Below are positions 21,055 to 31,857 of a stretch of DNA of 32,240 bases, in pieces. The stretch covers positions 1-32,240 of the forward strand of contig JALAGF010003702.1 of the NCBI GenBank assembly GCA_030167865.1. The letters run 5' to 3'. Position 1 is the stretch's first letter; each line of letters starts with the position of its first letter. The position numbers were made by a program, and so were the translations under genes. This DNA is from Craspedostauros australis. Its lineage: Eukaryota. The notes below the pieces were generated by a model. That model ran no database searches. It was given only the letters and a program-made list of their open reading frames with translations, and was not told the DNA's origin.

Positions 21055-24000
21055 ATGGACCATCACCATTCCCTCGGCGAGGACAGCCCCGTGGGCAACT
21101 CGGAACGCATGCACTATGCCACCACCCTGTCACCGCTGCATGAACAGGAAGGTGACTCCGATGAGCACGACGAATCGGACAGCATGCACAGGGCTGATGA
21201 AGACAGCTTCCCGCACTTTGCTAACATTGACGAGGAAAGCTTCCACGATGAAACCCCAAGCAGGAGCAGCGAGGAGATGGGTTTGACGTACTCCAACAGC
21301 GGCAGCTCCGACGATGTCAGCGCGCGTCTCAGGGCGCGACCGAGCTGGTTGGAACAGCAGCAGCATCAGCAATTGCAGCAGGAACGCCAAAGGCAACAAC
21401 AGCAGCAGCAGCAACAACAACAGCGACAACAGATACCATCAGACGAACACACCGACAGCATATCCCAGCTGCAAGCCAGCGCAAAGAGCCTGCGCGAAAA
21501 CACGAGCTTATCCGGCAGCAGCCTCTTCGATTCGGGGAATCTGCGGCCGCTTGGAGGTCGCAACATGAGCGGCAATGGTTCCTCGCTGGGTGACGAACAC
21601 ATGGACAGCATGATGGGGCTGCATCATTCCACCTCCAGGGATCACGCCAGCCCGCCAAACTTTGATACACCCGCGATACCGGAGTTCAGCGAGGAGAGCG
21701 AAACCGGAACGGACCGCAGCAGCACCATGAACGATAGTGTGGTGCACAACAGCGGCAGCATCATGGACAGCGTCACAAATACGATCGATGATGACACCGA
21801 CCATGACGACGACGATGCTGATAACGAGTACGACCGCCGTCGCTATGGCAGCAGCAACAATGACAGACATTCTCCAGTCCAACGGTATCAGGAATTCGGG
21901 AGTGACGATCTTGATGACGATGACAGCGTTGGTTTTGATGACGACGACGATGAAAGCGAGAGCTACAACGACGGAGATGATGCTCGCGGCCGCGCCGACG
22001 CAGATGCCGGTGCCAACCGGAGGACCAAACGACTGAGCTCCACGTCCTTGGACGACCATTTCCAAAAGCAAACGATGCTGGAGCATTTCCACCAGCACGG
22101 CGAGGAGGTGATCGAAGCTCTCAAGGACACATCATCAGCGGAAAAGGGTTCGTTCCCTGTCCTCCTCACTGACCAGCCAACGCCATGGTCCAGAGGCAGC
22201 GTTCACAGCAAAGCAAGCAGCCACGGCACTCACGATTTCGCCGATGCCAACATCATGCCCGACGTTCAGGACCCTCACAGTTACCACACCGTCCGCACAG
22301 CAAATGCTACCCCGAACCTGTCTTATCTGGGACGCGATAAATCCACGTCCGCCTTCTCCGCCATTTCTGGTGTCACCAACCCTTCCTACGTCAGCGGCAG
22401 CCACGCCGACGACGGTACCGCATCTCAAAGCACCATCCCGACTGTCAATGAAACTCAAAACAACTCCGTGACATTCGGCGGTACGATGGACGCGTCGGAG
22501 AGCGTGGGCACGTACAACAGCAAGTCATCCTTCTCCAACAGATCGCCCACGAGCGCCATGAGGCAGAAGCAGAGATGGGGACAGAACATGGCCCCACCTT
22601 CGCCGCCGTCTGAGGAATTCACCACCACCGATTCGCACCATAGCGGCGCCAAACGAATACAGATGGATGGCGACGTCGAGGACGTCAAGCTGAGGCCGCG
22701 ATTTTCCAGCACCAACAGCAGCAGTGACAACGACATAAATCTGCTTCGAACATCATCCACATCTATCGATGAACTGCACGATACCACTGGCATGGAATCC
22801 GCTCCGCACAACAACAGAAACAACAGCGGCAAGAGACGGCATGACGAAAGCGCCGCGACCCATACTGATGTGGACGTCGGTGACATGTCCTCCGATGATG
22901 GCGACTCGCAGGAGGCAGGTCCCATCGTTGTTTGGAATGTCCGCCTGCCGCTGTGGATCACGGAAGGTCCGCCACCACTGCACAAGATATCTGCAGCCTT
23001 CGTGCGTCATGCACCCTGCTTCTGGGTAGGCTGCGGAAACAAACTGCAACGCAGCTCCACGGACCGCGCGGTATTGACGAGATTGAATATCCTGTGCACG
23101 TTCTGGACGCTGGTGCAGCTGGGCGCCGCGCTGTATCTGGCATGCACTGTGCTATTCTTGGACGACCAGCGTGGCATCTTCATTGGCAGTACGCCGCATT
23201 TTTGGAACTTGAACGGCTCAGTGTTCGCCATCGGCTTGCTGGGTTGCGTCCTCGTCATGACATCGTACTGCACGATCCGCGTCATCCAAATGGTGGATCT
23301 GGTCGGCGCGATTCGCTATCTCTGGGTCGTTCTGTGGATGATACCGGCCGAGGTCTTCTTCACGGTCAGCCTCTTCGATTACCACAACGTGACGACGGTT
23401 TGGATTCGCCATTGGTGGACGGAGAAGACGCTGTCATGGTTCCGAGACCGACACTGCGCCGAAGGCATGGCGGAAACCTTGTGCAAGGTGCCGCTCGATG
23501 GCGGTCCTGACTTCGCGACAGAAGACGATTGGTGCATGTCCAACTTCGGCAGCACCGATTGTTCGGGGATTCGGAACGAAGCGCAAAACAAAATGGAAAC
23601 ATCATTGCTGGTCTTCTACACCTGCATGGGGGTTTGGGGAATCTGCCTACTGGTGCTCCTAGCATTCATGATCAATTCGTTGGAACGCATCATCACGAAG
23701 CCCATCGTCCAAAAGTCGAGAGAGACGAACGTCCCGGCATGGCTGACGTTGCCGACGGCGGGTTGCACATTGGTGGGGTCCATCTTCATGTATTCGCCGT
23801 CGTCCTTGCTGAGCGCCAGCTCCGGAGCCGACAACTCCTGGGTGGGGCTGCTCTACTTGGTCGCCGCGGGTTTGTTCATGGTGGCTGCCTTGGCAGGATG
23901 GTTCCTTTCTGCCTTCTCCATCCGACGCAGCGCCGATAAACGATGGAAGAATTTCGCGGTCACCATCTTCATCGGCGTGATGGCGGCCAACGCTGTCATC

Positions 24001-24309
24001 CTGGCCACCATCTTCATTGCGTCCGTGTCATTCTCTGCGAATCTGGGAACCGACTTGATCGCCGAAGATCAGCGCGGCGACGTTGCTTGCTTCGTGGACC
24101 GCGACGTCAGCTGCACACTGTGCGATGCGGAACGACCAGAGGACAAGTGCCCGGAATGGACGTTGGATGAGGTGACGCGATTGCTGCGAACCCAACTGAA
24201 GCAGAGCGCGTCGTTGGCGGCGATCTTCATCGTGTACGCTCTCAGCGTGCTTCGATTTGGCATCGTGCTGCGGAAGCATTTGAGTTTGTATCAGATCGAT
24301 TACGTATGA
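21055..24309 (+). CDS. Uncharacterised multipass membrane protein, 1084 aa: about 620-aa S/D/Q-rich disordered N-terminus plus 8 predicted TM helices
   Basis: Long uninterrupted ORF with ATG context ggcatcATGg. It has polyQ and poly-D tracts, eight hydrophobic segments from about 23083 onward, and two loops with four Cys each. Confidence 0.88.
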   Translation: MDHHHSLGEDSPVGNSERMHYATTLSPLHEQEGDSDEHDESDSMHRADEDSFPHFANIDEESFHDETPSRSSEEMGLTYSNSGSSDDVSARLRARPSWLEQQQHQQLQQERQRQQQQQQQQQQRQQIPSDEHTDSISQLQASAKSLRENTSLSGSSLFDSGNLRPLGGRNMSGNGSSLGDEHMDSMMGLHHSTSRDHASPPNFDTPAIPEFSEESETGTDRSSTMNDSVVHNSGSIMDSVTNTIDDDTDHDDDDADNEYDRRRYGSSNNDRHSPVQRYQEFGSDDLDDDDSVGFDDDDDESESYNDGDDARGRADADAGANRRTKRLSSTSLDDHFQKQTMLEHFHQHGEEVIEALKDTSSAEKGSFPVLLTDQPTPWSRGSVHSKASSHGTHDFADANIMPDVQDPHSYHTVRTANATPNLSYLGRDKSTSAFSAISGVTNPSYVSGSHADDGTASQSTIPTVNETQNNSVTFGGTMDASESVGTYNSKSSFSNRSPTSAMRQKQRWGQNMAPPSPPSEEFTTTDSHHSGAKRIQMDGDVEDVKLRPRFSSTNSSSDNDINLLRTSSTSIDELHDTTGMESAPHNNRNNSGKRRHDESAATHTDVDVGDMSSDDGDSQEAGPIVVWNVRLPLWITEGPPPLHKISAAFVRHAPCFWVGCGNKLQRSSTDRAVLTRLNILCTFWTLVQLGAALYLACTVLFLDDQRGIFIGSTPHFWNLNGSVFAIGLLGCVLVMTSYCTIRVIQMVDLVGAIRYLWVVLWMIPAEVFFTVSLFDYHNVTTVWIRHWWTEKTLSWFRDRHCAEGMAETLCKVPLDGGPDFATEDDWCMSNFGSTDCSGIRNEAQNKMETSLLVFYTCMGVWGICLLVLLAFMINSLERIITKPIVQKSRETNVPAWLTLPTAGCTLVGSIFMYSPSSLLSASSGADNSWVGLLYLVAAGLFMVAALAGWFLSAFSIRRSADKRWKNFAVTIFIGVMAANAVILATIFIASVSFSANLGTDLIAEDQRGDVACFVDRDVSCTLCDAERPEDKCPEWTLDEVTRLLRTQLKQSASLAAIFIVYALSVLRFGIVLRKHLSLYQIDYV

Positions 24310-24930
24310 TGGTGGAACCAGTACAGCGTGTACTTTTCTGTGGTATATGAGTACGTATGTGAGGAATTTGAGGGGGAGACGAGTCTGTGCATGATGCGTA
24401 CAAGCGACTGAGCGTCGACGTGCGCTATTCATACAAGTATGTGGGTACCAGCGGCCAGGATACGATATGTTGGGTGCCCGGAGGGTGGGGATGTAGCAAA
24501 TCCAATCGTATCTCTGACTTGCTACTTACAGTCGCGGCAGGCGTCAGCAACGACATCAAGCGCAATGGGACAACAACTCGCTGTTCGGTCTGCTCGGCCT
24601 GTATCGATCATAGCAACAGTATGGATACGAGCGATGCCATACACACCTTTAAGTCGCATCCTCCAAATACTCTGCATCAAGAGCGGTCGTGATGCAGGCA
24701 TTGCATGTACGTGTACATGTACATTCACCAACAACCTGCTGCGTCGACACCATTCGCACGCACATACGAGTACGAAAAGTAGAATTGCACGGAGTACGAG
24801 CTAGGGTACTGTATTGATCAATTCCACGACCCACCGCCAAGTATTAGCGACATGAGTCCAGTACTCGTAATGTGGTTTTACCAGATATGTTTCTTGATTG
24901 TCTCCTTGCATCTGCGATACAAGTCCACCA

Positions 24931-26418
24931 TCACAGGCCGCGGATCGTATTGATGATGAGCGCCTTCTCGTCTCGAAACTGTGTGTCCGATGCCTCCCGA
25001 TCTTTGTGCAGGGTCTCCAAATATCGACAGAGCTTGTCTTGGTTATCCTTGAGAATCTTGACAACCTCGGGTATCTTGGATGGATTGGCGACGAACACTT
25101 TGAAGACGTGGAATGCATCTAACGTGATGTGCGGCGAAGTATCGCGCAGAAGCTTCATGACGAGGACCAGGTTGGTCCGCGAATTGACGTACTGAATCAT
25201 GATGGCGTAGTTGGACCGCGTGAGGAGGATGAGCGAGAGAATCTGCAAGGCAACGCGCTTGGTCATGTAGTTGGCTTGGTCCGACATGAGCTTGGGGTTG
25301 AATCGTTTCTCCCATATCTCGCTGTAATCCCGAGTGAGGAATTCCGCCGAAAGGCGCGCCAATTCACGGGACGTCTCCTCCGCCATCGCGGCCACCGTGC
25401 TGCTGGTTGTGTTGGTGGGACCGCTGAGGCTGCCACCAGCGCCGCTGGAATCTGCGCAGCCGGCCGTCAGGACATGCCGCAGGCTCTCCATGGCGTCGCT
25501 GGATATGTCAAAGTTGGGGACATGCACGAGCGTGTCCAAGAAGGGGTAGACGTAGAGGCGCACCCTTTCCGGAGACGATACCAGCTGCCGGTACAGAAGG
25601 ACGTGCTTGAGACAGGAACGGTAGATGGATCCGCAGTGCAGCGCTACGTCCGACGTGGTCGACTTCGATACGTAGCCACGCAGCAGCGCCGACATGAGCG
25701 GATCGAAGCTGCGTTCCACGAACTGGACGAACGCGACCATGATGGGTATGTAGAGATCTGCGTCGGAGCCATCCAACCCGCAAACCAGCAAGTAGTTGAC
25801 TATCGATGCGACATGCTTTCTGCTTTCGAACTGCAGTAAGGGAAGGTGCCGCACCAGCGCAGCAACCAGCGGGGACTGGCCATCGTCGCCGAAGGTCGCC
25901 TGCACCAAGGTCTGCGCCGTCGATGTGGCAACGCTCGTGTTGGCGTTGCTCCACCGCAGATCCTGCTGCGATGTGGTGCGGCGCTCATCGTAGAGCAGAA
26001 ACTGCAATCTGGCCAGACGTGCTTCCAGAAATGCTCCGTCTGTCGGTTCGTCCGGCGACGACGACGGTGGTGGTTTTTGTGCCTGTGTTGCCGGAGCAGT
26101 CGCGGATGAATCTGCACTCGCACCGCCCTGACCATCGCTTGACCCTTCGGGCTGCGCCGCTGTTGCCTGCTCCTGCTTCAGCAGATTCTGGAAGCTATCC
26201 TGGATCCCACCGATGAGCACGGCAGGATCCTTGCACGAATCCACGCTCTTGATCCCATCCTTTTGGCTGCGTCCAAAGAAGAGACCGCCCGACAGCCACT
26301 CGAATGGCTTCAATGCCTGAGAACCCTTCGATCCGCTGCTGCCATTGCTGCTGCTACTGCCGGTGTTGGTGTTGTTCGTATTGGTGCTCGTCATCGTGGA
26401 GGTCTTGCGTAGGTACAT
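24931..26418 (-). CDS. MO25: MO25/CAB39/Hym1-family kinase scaffold, 495 aa
   Basis: LQFESRKHVASIVNYLL, ALHCGSIYRSC, PNFDISSDA, NYMTKRVALQIL, LDAFHVFKVFVANPSK, DTQFRDEKALII. Confidence 0.95.
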   Translation of the reverse strand: MYLRKTSTMTSTNTNNTNTGSSSSNGSSGSKGSQALKPFEWLSGGLFFGRSQKDGIKSVDSCKDPAVLIGGIQDSFQNLLKQEQATAAQPEGSSDGQGGASADSSATAPATQAQKPPPSSSPDEPTDGAFLEARLARLQFLLYDERRTTSQQDLRWSNANTSVATSTAQTLVQATFGDDGQSPLVAALVRHLPLLQFESRKHVASIVNYLLVCGLDGSDADLYIPIMVAFVQFVERSFDPLMSALLRGYVSKSTTSDVALHCGSIYRSCLKHVLLYRQLVSSPERVRLYVYPFLDTLVHVPNFDISSDAMESLRHVLTAGCADSSGAGGSLSGPTNTTSSTVAAMAEETSRELARLSAEFLTRDYSEIWEKRFNPKLMSDQANYMTKRVALQILSLILLTRSNYAIMIQYVNSRTNLVLVMKLLRDTSPHITLDAFHVFKVFVANPSKIPEVVKILKDNQDKLCRYLETLHKDREASDTQFRDEKALIINTIRGL

Positions 26419-27168
26419 CAGCTGCCCTCCTGATCTTGCTGCTTCTCGAGGTTGCTCTTGGTGAGGTTGTTCTTCTTTCGTCTCTCTCTGGGTCGTTTGC
26501 GTCCGTGTGTTGCCTGCAAAAGAACGGCGAAGCCTGTCAGAGATCCTCGTTTGTCGTGTTCATCGCCAGGTCTGCACAGAATAAAAATCCAAGGTCATTT
26601 CTGGACGGTTCTCATGAATCACGAGTGTATGAGTCATGTGTAGTATGACCTCCGAATGACTTGGGACTTCGAACGAAAATAGAGCGCTTTCTCGGCGGGT
26701 AGGGAGGCAGGTAAGAGCCGAGTATGGCACCATGTAGAGTCCATGAAGGGACAAGGCAACGCAAACAAAATGGGATGAGAATATTGGACGATTGTCATCG
26801 CTGGGAGAGAAGATGGCAGCAACACTTCAACCGATAGACCCAACCCTGAAGAGATCACTCAACTCCATCGATACAGAACGCTAATTCCACAAGAGAACAG
26901 CGGCAATGGTAGAAATCAAGGTTTGAAACGAATCTGAACAGAGCACATGTTGGCGATTCTACATTCTTCCATACCAAAACGCTTCAGTGTTGCTCGGAGA
27001 CTATATAGCAACAAATGTGTGCATTGCGGTCCGATCGTCGATAGGTTCCGCTGCTTGGCCATTGAGTTGTGGCAAATCAAGGATCTCTTTGGAGTGATCT
27101 GTGATGGAAGGGGAGATCTTGATACTCACAGCTCATATAATGCAATACAAGTAGTGGAGGTGGTTGTG

Positions 27169-27600
27169 TGTTGGAAATCCGGAGTGGTGGTGATAGTAGA
27201 AAGCTAATCGTTTGTTAGAATCTACTTCTCTGAACTGTGAGCTCTTCATTGCTCTCAACTTCCAAAGTTTGATCTCCTCCTGAGACCTCCATGGGTCCAT
27301 CCATTGGTCTAGTGTATATTCATCTTGCATTCATCTTGAATTCACCATGGACATGCATGCCTGACCAATTTCCCCATGTCCGCACACTCATCGCGTTGTC
27401 TTGCCTCTGATAGTTTTGTTGGCATAGGCATTGCTGAATCACAGGCATCACCTGACTCATTCCATTCAATCAGATCACAGTCTCCATGTTTCACAAGAAC
27501 AGCTTGGATGCTTCTTTCTCTTGACTTCTCATCAGGGACAATTCCGATCCTTTCCAATCCTTCTCCAATCATTCACTGGTTTGTTGTCAGGGACTCGTTC
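27169..27600. mobile_element. Degenerate LTR-like remnant (right boundary approximate)
   Basis: Starts TGTTGGAAATCCGG and shares collinear blocks with 31858-32240. CpG-depleted, with no credible ORF. No TSD, PBS or pol sequence recognised. Confidence 0.45.
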
Positions 27601-28311
27601 ACAAGCCATCTCACACTTCATGACGCTGGCCTGTCTCGAATACTCTTTTCTTGTTCGTTGCGACATGCGGGCTGTAGTTGAGTGTATCGTGATGCTGGTC
27701 ATGAATCCAACATCGCCGCCCCCTGCAACATACACCTGTGACTCCTATTCCTACATTGAGGTCACGAACGTCACGGTCCGGTTCGCCTTCGTCATGCGGT
27801 GTTCTCCGCCTCAAACGTTCAGCTCACATTGTTGGTGTGACAAAGATCCAAAGTGGGAGGTGCGGTATTATATCGTTTCAAGACGTTCGACTCCACACTC
27901 TTGGGAGGCGCGTCAATTTGGTGTTTCAGAACATCCGATTCCTGACAGGCACGAAGATGTATATCATCGACGATTTTTGTATGTTACAGACTGACGCATT
28001 GTCTTTCGGTTGAGTCTGACGAAGGTAGGAGTGCGCGATGAGCAGCACGCTGTGTCTATGGATATGCCAATGTATTTTAGTCTGCTTCGGCACAGTGGGC
28101 ACAAATAGGAGAAAAGGGGAGAGCCCAATTCACTATCGAGGATAGACTGGCTGTGTGGGATGAGTTGGATGCTCTGTGCAAATGGTATCACATGGGATCT
28201 ACGGTATCAGACCAAGGTACTCAGGATGTAGTGTGCATAGAGGAGGTCGAAGAGAGTTCAGATCTAGCGGAGATTGTATGACGTGGCCAACAAAATGACC
28301 AGTTGTCAAGC

Positions 28312-28510
28312 TGTGTCAGTCATCGGTCATTCACCAAAACAGTCCCAGCCATTCTAGATTCTTCTTTCTAATTTACCGCAGCTTACACATGGACTGAGTG
28401 GGTTTGAAAACGAACTGTGAGCGGTCAAGGCACTGCAATCTCTTGCGGACGGAGTAGTGGGTATGTTCGATCATTTCACCCACGAGAGCAGAGACACACT
28501 TCCCCCTGTC
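28312..28510 (-). mobile_element. Possible short LTR-like relic with an adjacent polypurine tract
   Basis: TGTGTC...GACACA inverted termini (28312-28498), internal GAACTGTGAGC, and a flanking minus-strand CAGGGGGAAG. Confidence 0.25.
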
Positions 28511-30129
28511 TTGCCAAGAGATGTCTGAGACCGAAGTAACCGGTGGTTTGTTGTCATGATATTTCAAGTACGAACATGCCTCGAGTATTCGCACGTATGT
28601 ACGAGTATGTGGAGACGATGATTGGCTGTGCTTCTTCGTTGTCATTTGTGAAGTGAGAACGATGAATAGTCGTGATCACCCCAATCGAAGCAAGAAGAAT
28701 AAGGAGTCTTAGAGTGTCTACTACACGAGTACGAGACAAGGATCCTCATGTTGATGGAACAGTCATACTCCTTTCACGAGGAAACACCTGACATCGCCTT
28801 CCACTCTTTGCCTCTCGTATCGTTCTTGTTCTTGTTCTTGCTCCTGTTCGTGAGATACGACTGCGAACAAAGGCATTGCGAAAGAGAGTGAAAGCTGTCA
28901 TGGTCCGCCATTCGTGGTTGTATACCTTGACCATGAGAATGAGTGTGATACACCACAAATTGCAGAAGTGTTTCGTGGGAGAGATCTTTTTCGTTCTGCT
29001 TCGGACTCTGTGGTGGTACGGAGCCGCATAAGTCGTCGCTCCTCCTTGTGTGTTATGTGCAGCATCGATGGTCGAACTGTGTTTGGAGTGGGACGCCAAA
29101 AATGTGTTATGTTGGGTCGCCCCGAAGATCACATGCATTTTTCCGTGTTTCTCATTTGGAAGAAACAATCAGAATTACCAAGAGCGCGCTTTCTCCTTCT
29201 TGGATGTTGTGCGCCAAATAATCGAACACACATCCACCTTGCAGAACCCTCAAGGACCACTGAAGATTGCTACCTCTCAACAACCAACATGGATGGGAGG
29301 CATGTCACCTATCAAGGACGTGTTGTGCAGAGCCATCGTCCTCTTCCTATGCACCATACCATACTTCTCCGCATGAAAGTACTCATACTCACTTTGAACG
29401 ATCTTGGATCCCTTTTCACATCTCATAACATCTCATAAAAACAACCATCTCACAACACCAACAGCGACAACGACGATCACTTATAGAAGTCGTACAACAC
29501 CTAACTGCAAGCAAAACACAACCACAGCCATCTCGAAACACACCACCAACTGATCGAAAACCGAAACAAAAAGAAGTAAACGGTACGTTCATTTGTGTTC
29601 ATCATGGCCGTGGCCATGACAACACCATGGCACAAGGCAGCAGGTGCCCACGCGCCGTTGTGACTGGCGTGAAGAGTCGTTTCCGGCTGCAGCTTGCCAG
29701 CCACCTACACACTCTCGGAATCATCCTCTGCGCTACCTGCGAGCTGTTCTCATGGTGGTCCACCGATGTCGGAATGTGTTCATGCAATGCAATGCCACTC
29801 CACTTTACCACCACGTTCGGCAACAGCAGACTTCGTTCTCGTTCTCCCTCATTCTCACATACTCGCTAATCACACGCTCATCACATTGTCCACTTGTTCG
29901 TTCATCCAAAATCACAACTCTTCTCTTAACAAACAAATCACTGGATGGATTGCATGTTGACTCCTGTCTGATCTGGTTACGGTCAATGATGTGGTTCGCT
30001 TCCACCTATTCTTCGCATGGTACAACACGTCTGCGACCCATCTGCATCTGCGTACACACTGTTTCGTTCCATGCAGACAACGACGCACACTGACAAAACA
30101 ACCAAACAACCAAGCAACCGATAGCAACC

Positions 30130-31359
30130 ATGTTCAAGATCAAGGCATCTATTATCGGCGCTCTCGTCTTTGCCAACATGGCAATGGCGCTGGCTTTGGA
30201 TCCAGCTGAAGATTCGGTGTTCGCTCCGCGAAGAATGTTGAAAGGGGTTTTCTCGTCGCCGACGTCGATGCCAACGTCGATGCCAACGTCGATGCCAACA
30301 GAGGAGCCGACTGAGACCCCTGTTATACCTTCCATTGTCGTCGGCTGCCTCGAAACGCCAGGTGATGTTACCAGCAACTTCGACAGGAGAAGCCCTGCGT
30401 CCAGAGTTTTTTGCGACGAGGCCTTTGGTACATGCGCCGACTTTGTGGCGGACATCAAGGCACTCCCAAACAATAAGGACAAACTCATCAAGAGCATCTT
30501 CGCATGCAACAACAATAATCTGGCAAACACACAAGGCAACTCCCAAGAACTCTTCGACCGTGTGAAGAATGATGGCAACGCTATCGCCGCCATCTTGAAT
30601 GCTGTCCAAGGCAACGGGATCATCATGACCGGACGAGGTGGCGCACTCACCACAGCATGCAGTGCCGAAGGATACTCTTGCTGTCCACCCGGAGGTTGCT
30701 CACTCGACGGTGGGACATTCACCATCACTCCAGATTCCTGCACATCACTTGGCTCTTGCACCAACGTCGCTCCCAAAGCCATGATCTTCGATAGCTGCAT
30801 TGGACAGAACTCTTGCAACAGCTTTGGGAAGTTCGACCCAAATCGCCCGAATGGTAGTGCTGTCATCGGTATCAAGATTATTGGACCAAATGCATGCGAC
30901 GGTACTGCCAGCTGCCAGAGACTTGGAAAGAACATCTATGGTTCTATCCATGTTCAGAGTGGAGCATGCAGCGGGTCGGGCAGCTGCATGAACCTCGGAC
31001 GTCGTGAAAACCAGGGAATGGGCGTGCTCTCGCCTGTCATCGTTGACATCATCATCGGAGACGACGCATGCCAAGGACAAAATGCGTGCAAGAATGCCCA
31101 CAGAGGTGATTCCAAGATTCTTGGAAACCTTTTTATTGGGGACGGTGCGTGCGCGTCGACAATGAGCTGCAATAGTGTCGCTCGCAGCGACACTGCCGTT
31201 GATGATCTTGTCATTGCTCCAGGTACCTGCATTTTGGCCAACAGCTGCCAAGACTGTGTCATGACGGATATGTGCCCTGGATCCCCCCACAGGTCTACCT
31301 ATACCATCGACGATCCAAGCACGGACTGCCCAACGCCAAACTCAGATGCCTGCTCTTGA
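30130..31359 (+). CDS. Secreted Cys-rich repeat protein, 409 aa
   Basis: Signal peptide MFKIKASIIGALVFANMAMALA, an RRML motif, a PTSM x3/PTEEPTETP linker, and seven [SAT]C-x4-[SA]C repeats. No TM anchor seen. Confidence 0.88.
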   Translation: MFKIKASIIGALVFANMAMALALDPAEDSVFAPRRMLKGVFSSPTSMPTSMPTSMPTEEPTETPVIPSIVVGCLETPGDVTSNFDRRSPASRVFCDEAFGTCADFVADIKALPNNKDKLIKSIFACNNNNLANTQGNSQELFDRVKNDGNAIAAILNAVQGNGIIMTGRGGALTTACSAEGYSCCPPGGCSLDGGTFTITPDSCTSLGSCTNVAPKAMIFDSCIGQNSCNSFGKFDPNRPNGSAVIGIKIIGPNACDGTASCQRLGKNIYGSIHVQSGACSGSGSCMNLGRRENQGMGVLSPVIVDIIIGDDACQGQNACKNAHRGDSKILGNLFIGDGACASTMSCNSVARSDTAVDDLVIAPGTCILANSCQDCVMTDMCPGSPHRSTYTIDDPSTDCPTPNSDACS

Positions 31360-31857
31360 GGTGTTCACAGTTAAGGCGTGTGCAGGAAGAGACGTCCAGC
31401 AATGGCTCGAATGGAACACCATCTCGAATGCTCAGTCATTGCGAGGATAGTGCTCTGATGGTTGATCACCCCGCTTGAGCTTGATGGTCTCCCTGATCAT
31501 GCTCATCGCACACTTGCTATTGATGAATGGATTGATAACCAAAACGAGTGGATGGTACGGATGGTGCATGGAGGTGCTACTTGCGTGTCTATCACCATCA
31601 CCATCACCACCACCTGCCTCGGAAGATCTCTATTCTTCGACCAGAACATAGCAAGCACCTCGCAGGGTACAACACATACATAAACAACATTACAACACTG
31701 ATTACTTGACCATACCAGAGTATGCGACACTAGTTTTACGTGTACCCTTTCGTTGTTCACCTCCGACTACTTGTGCTATAGGAGCCCGATCAGTGAGTCG
31801 ACTATTAGCTCAAACTAGTAAGCTCATTAGTCGTGTTTAGATTTAGTCTAGTTAGTC

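Noticed and set aside
26634..29438. Short ORFs as retrotransposon gag/pol or transposase remnants
   Set aside because: No RT, integrase, RNase H or DDE motifs recognised in the frames examined. The HSGFPT peptide is simply the translated LTR-like terminus.
30006..30935. 309-aa antisense ORF over the secreted protein
   Set aside because: Shadow ORF; the plus strand has the signal peptide and coherent repeats.
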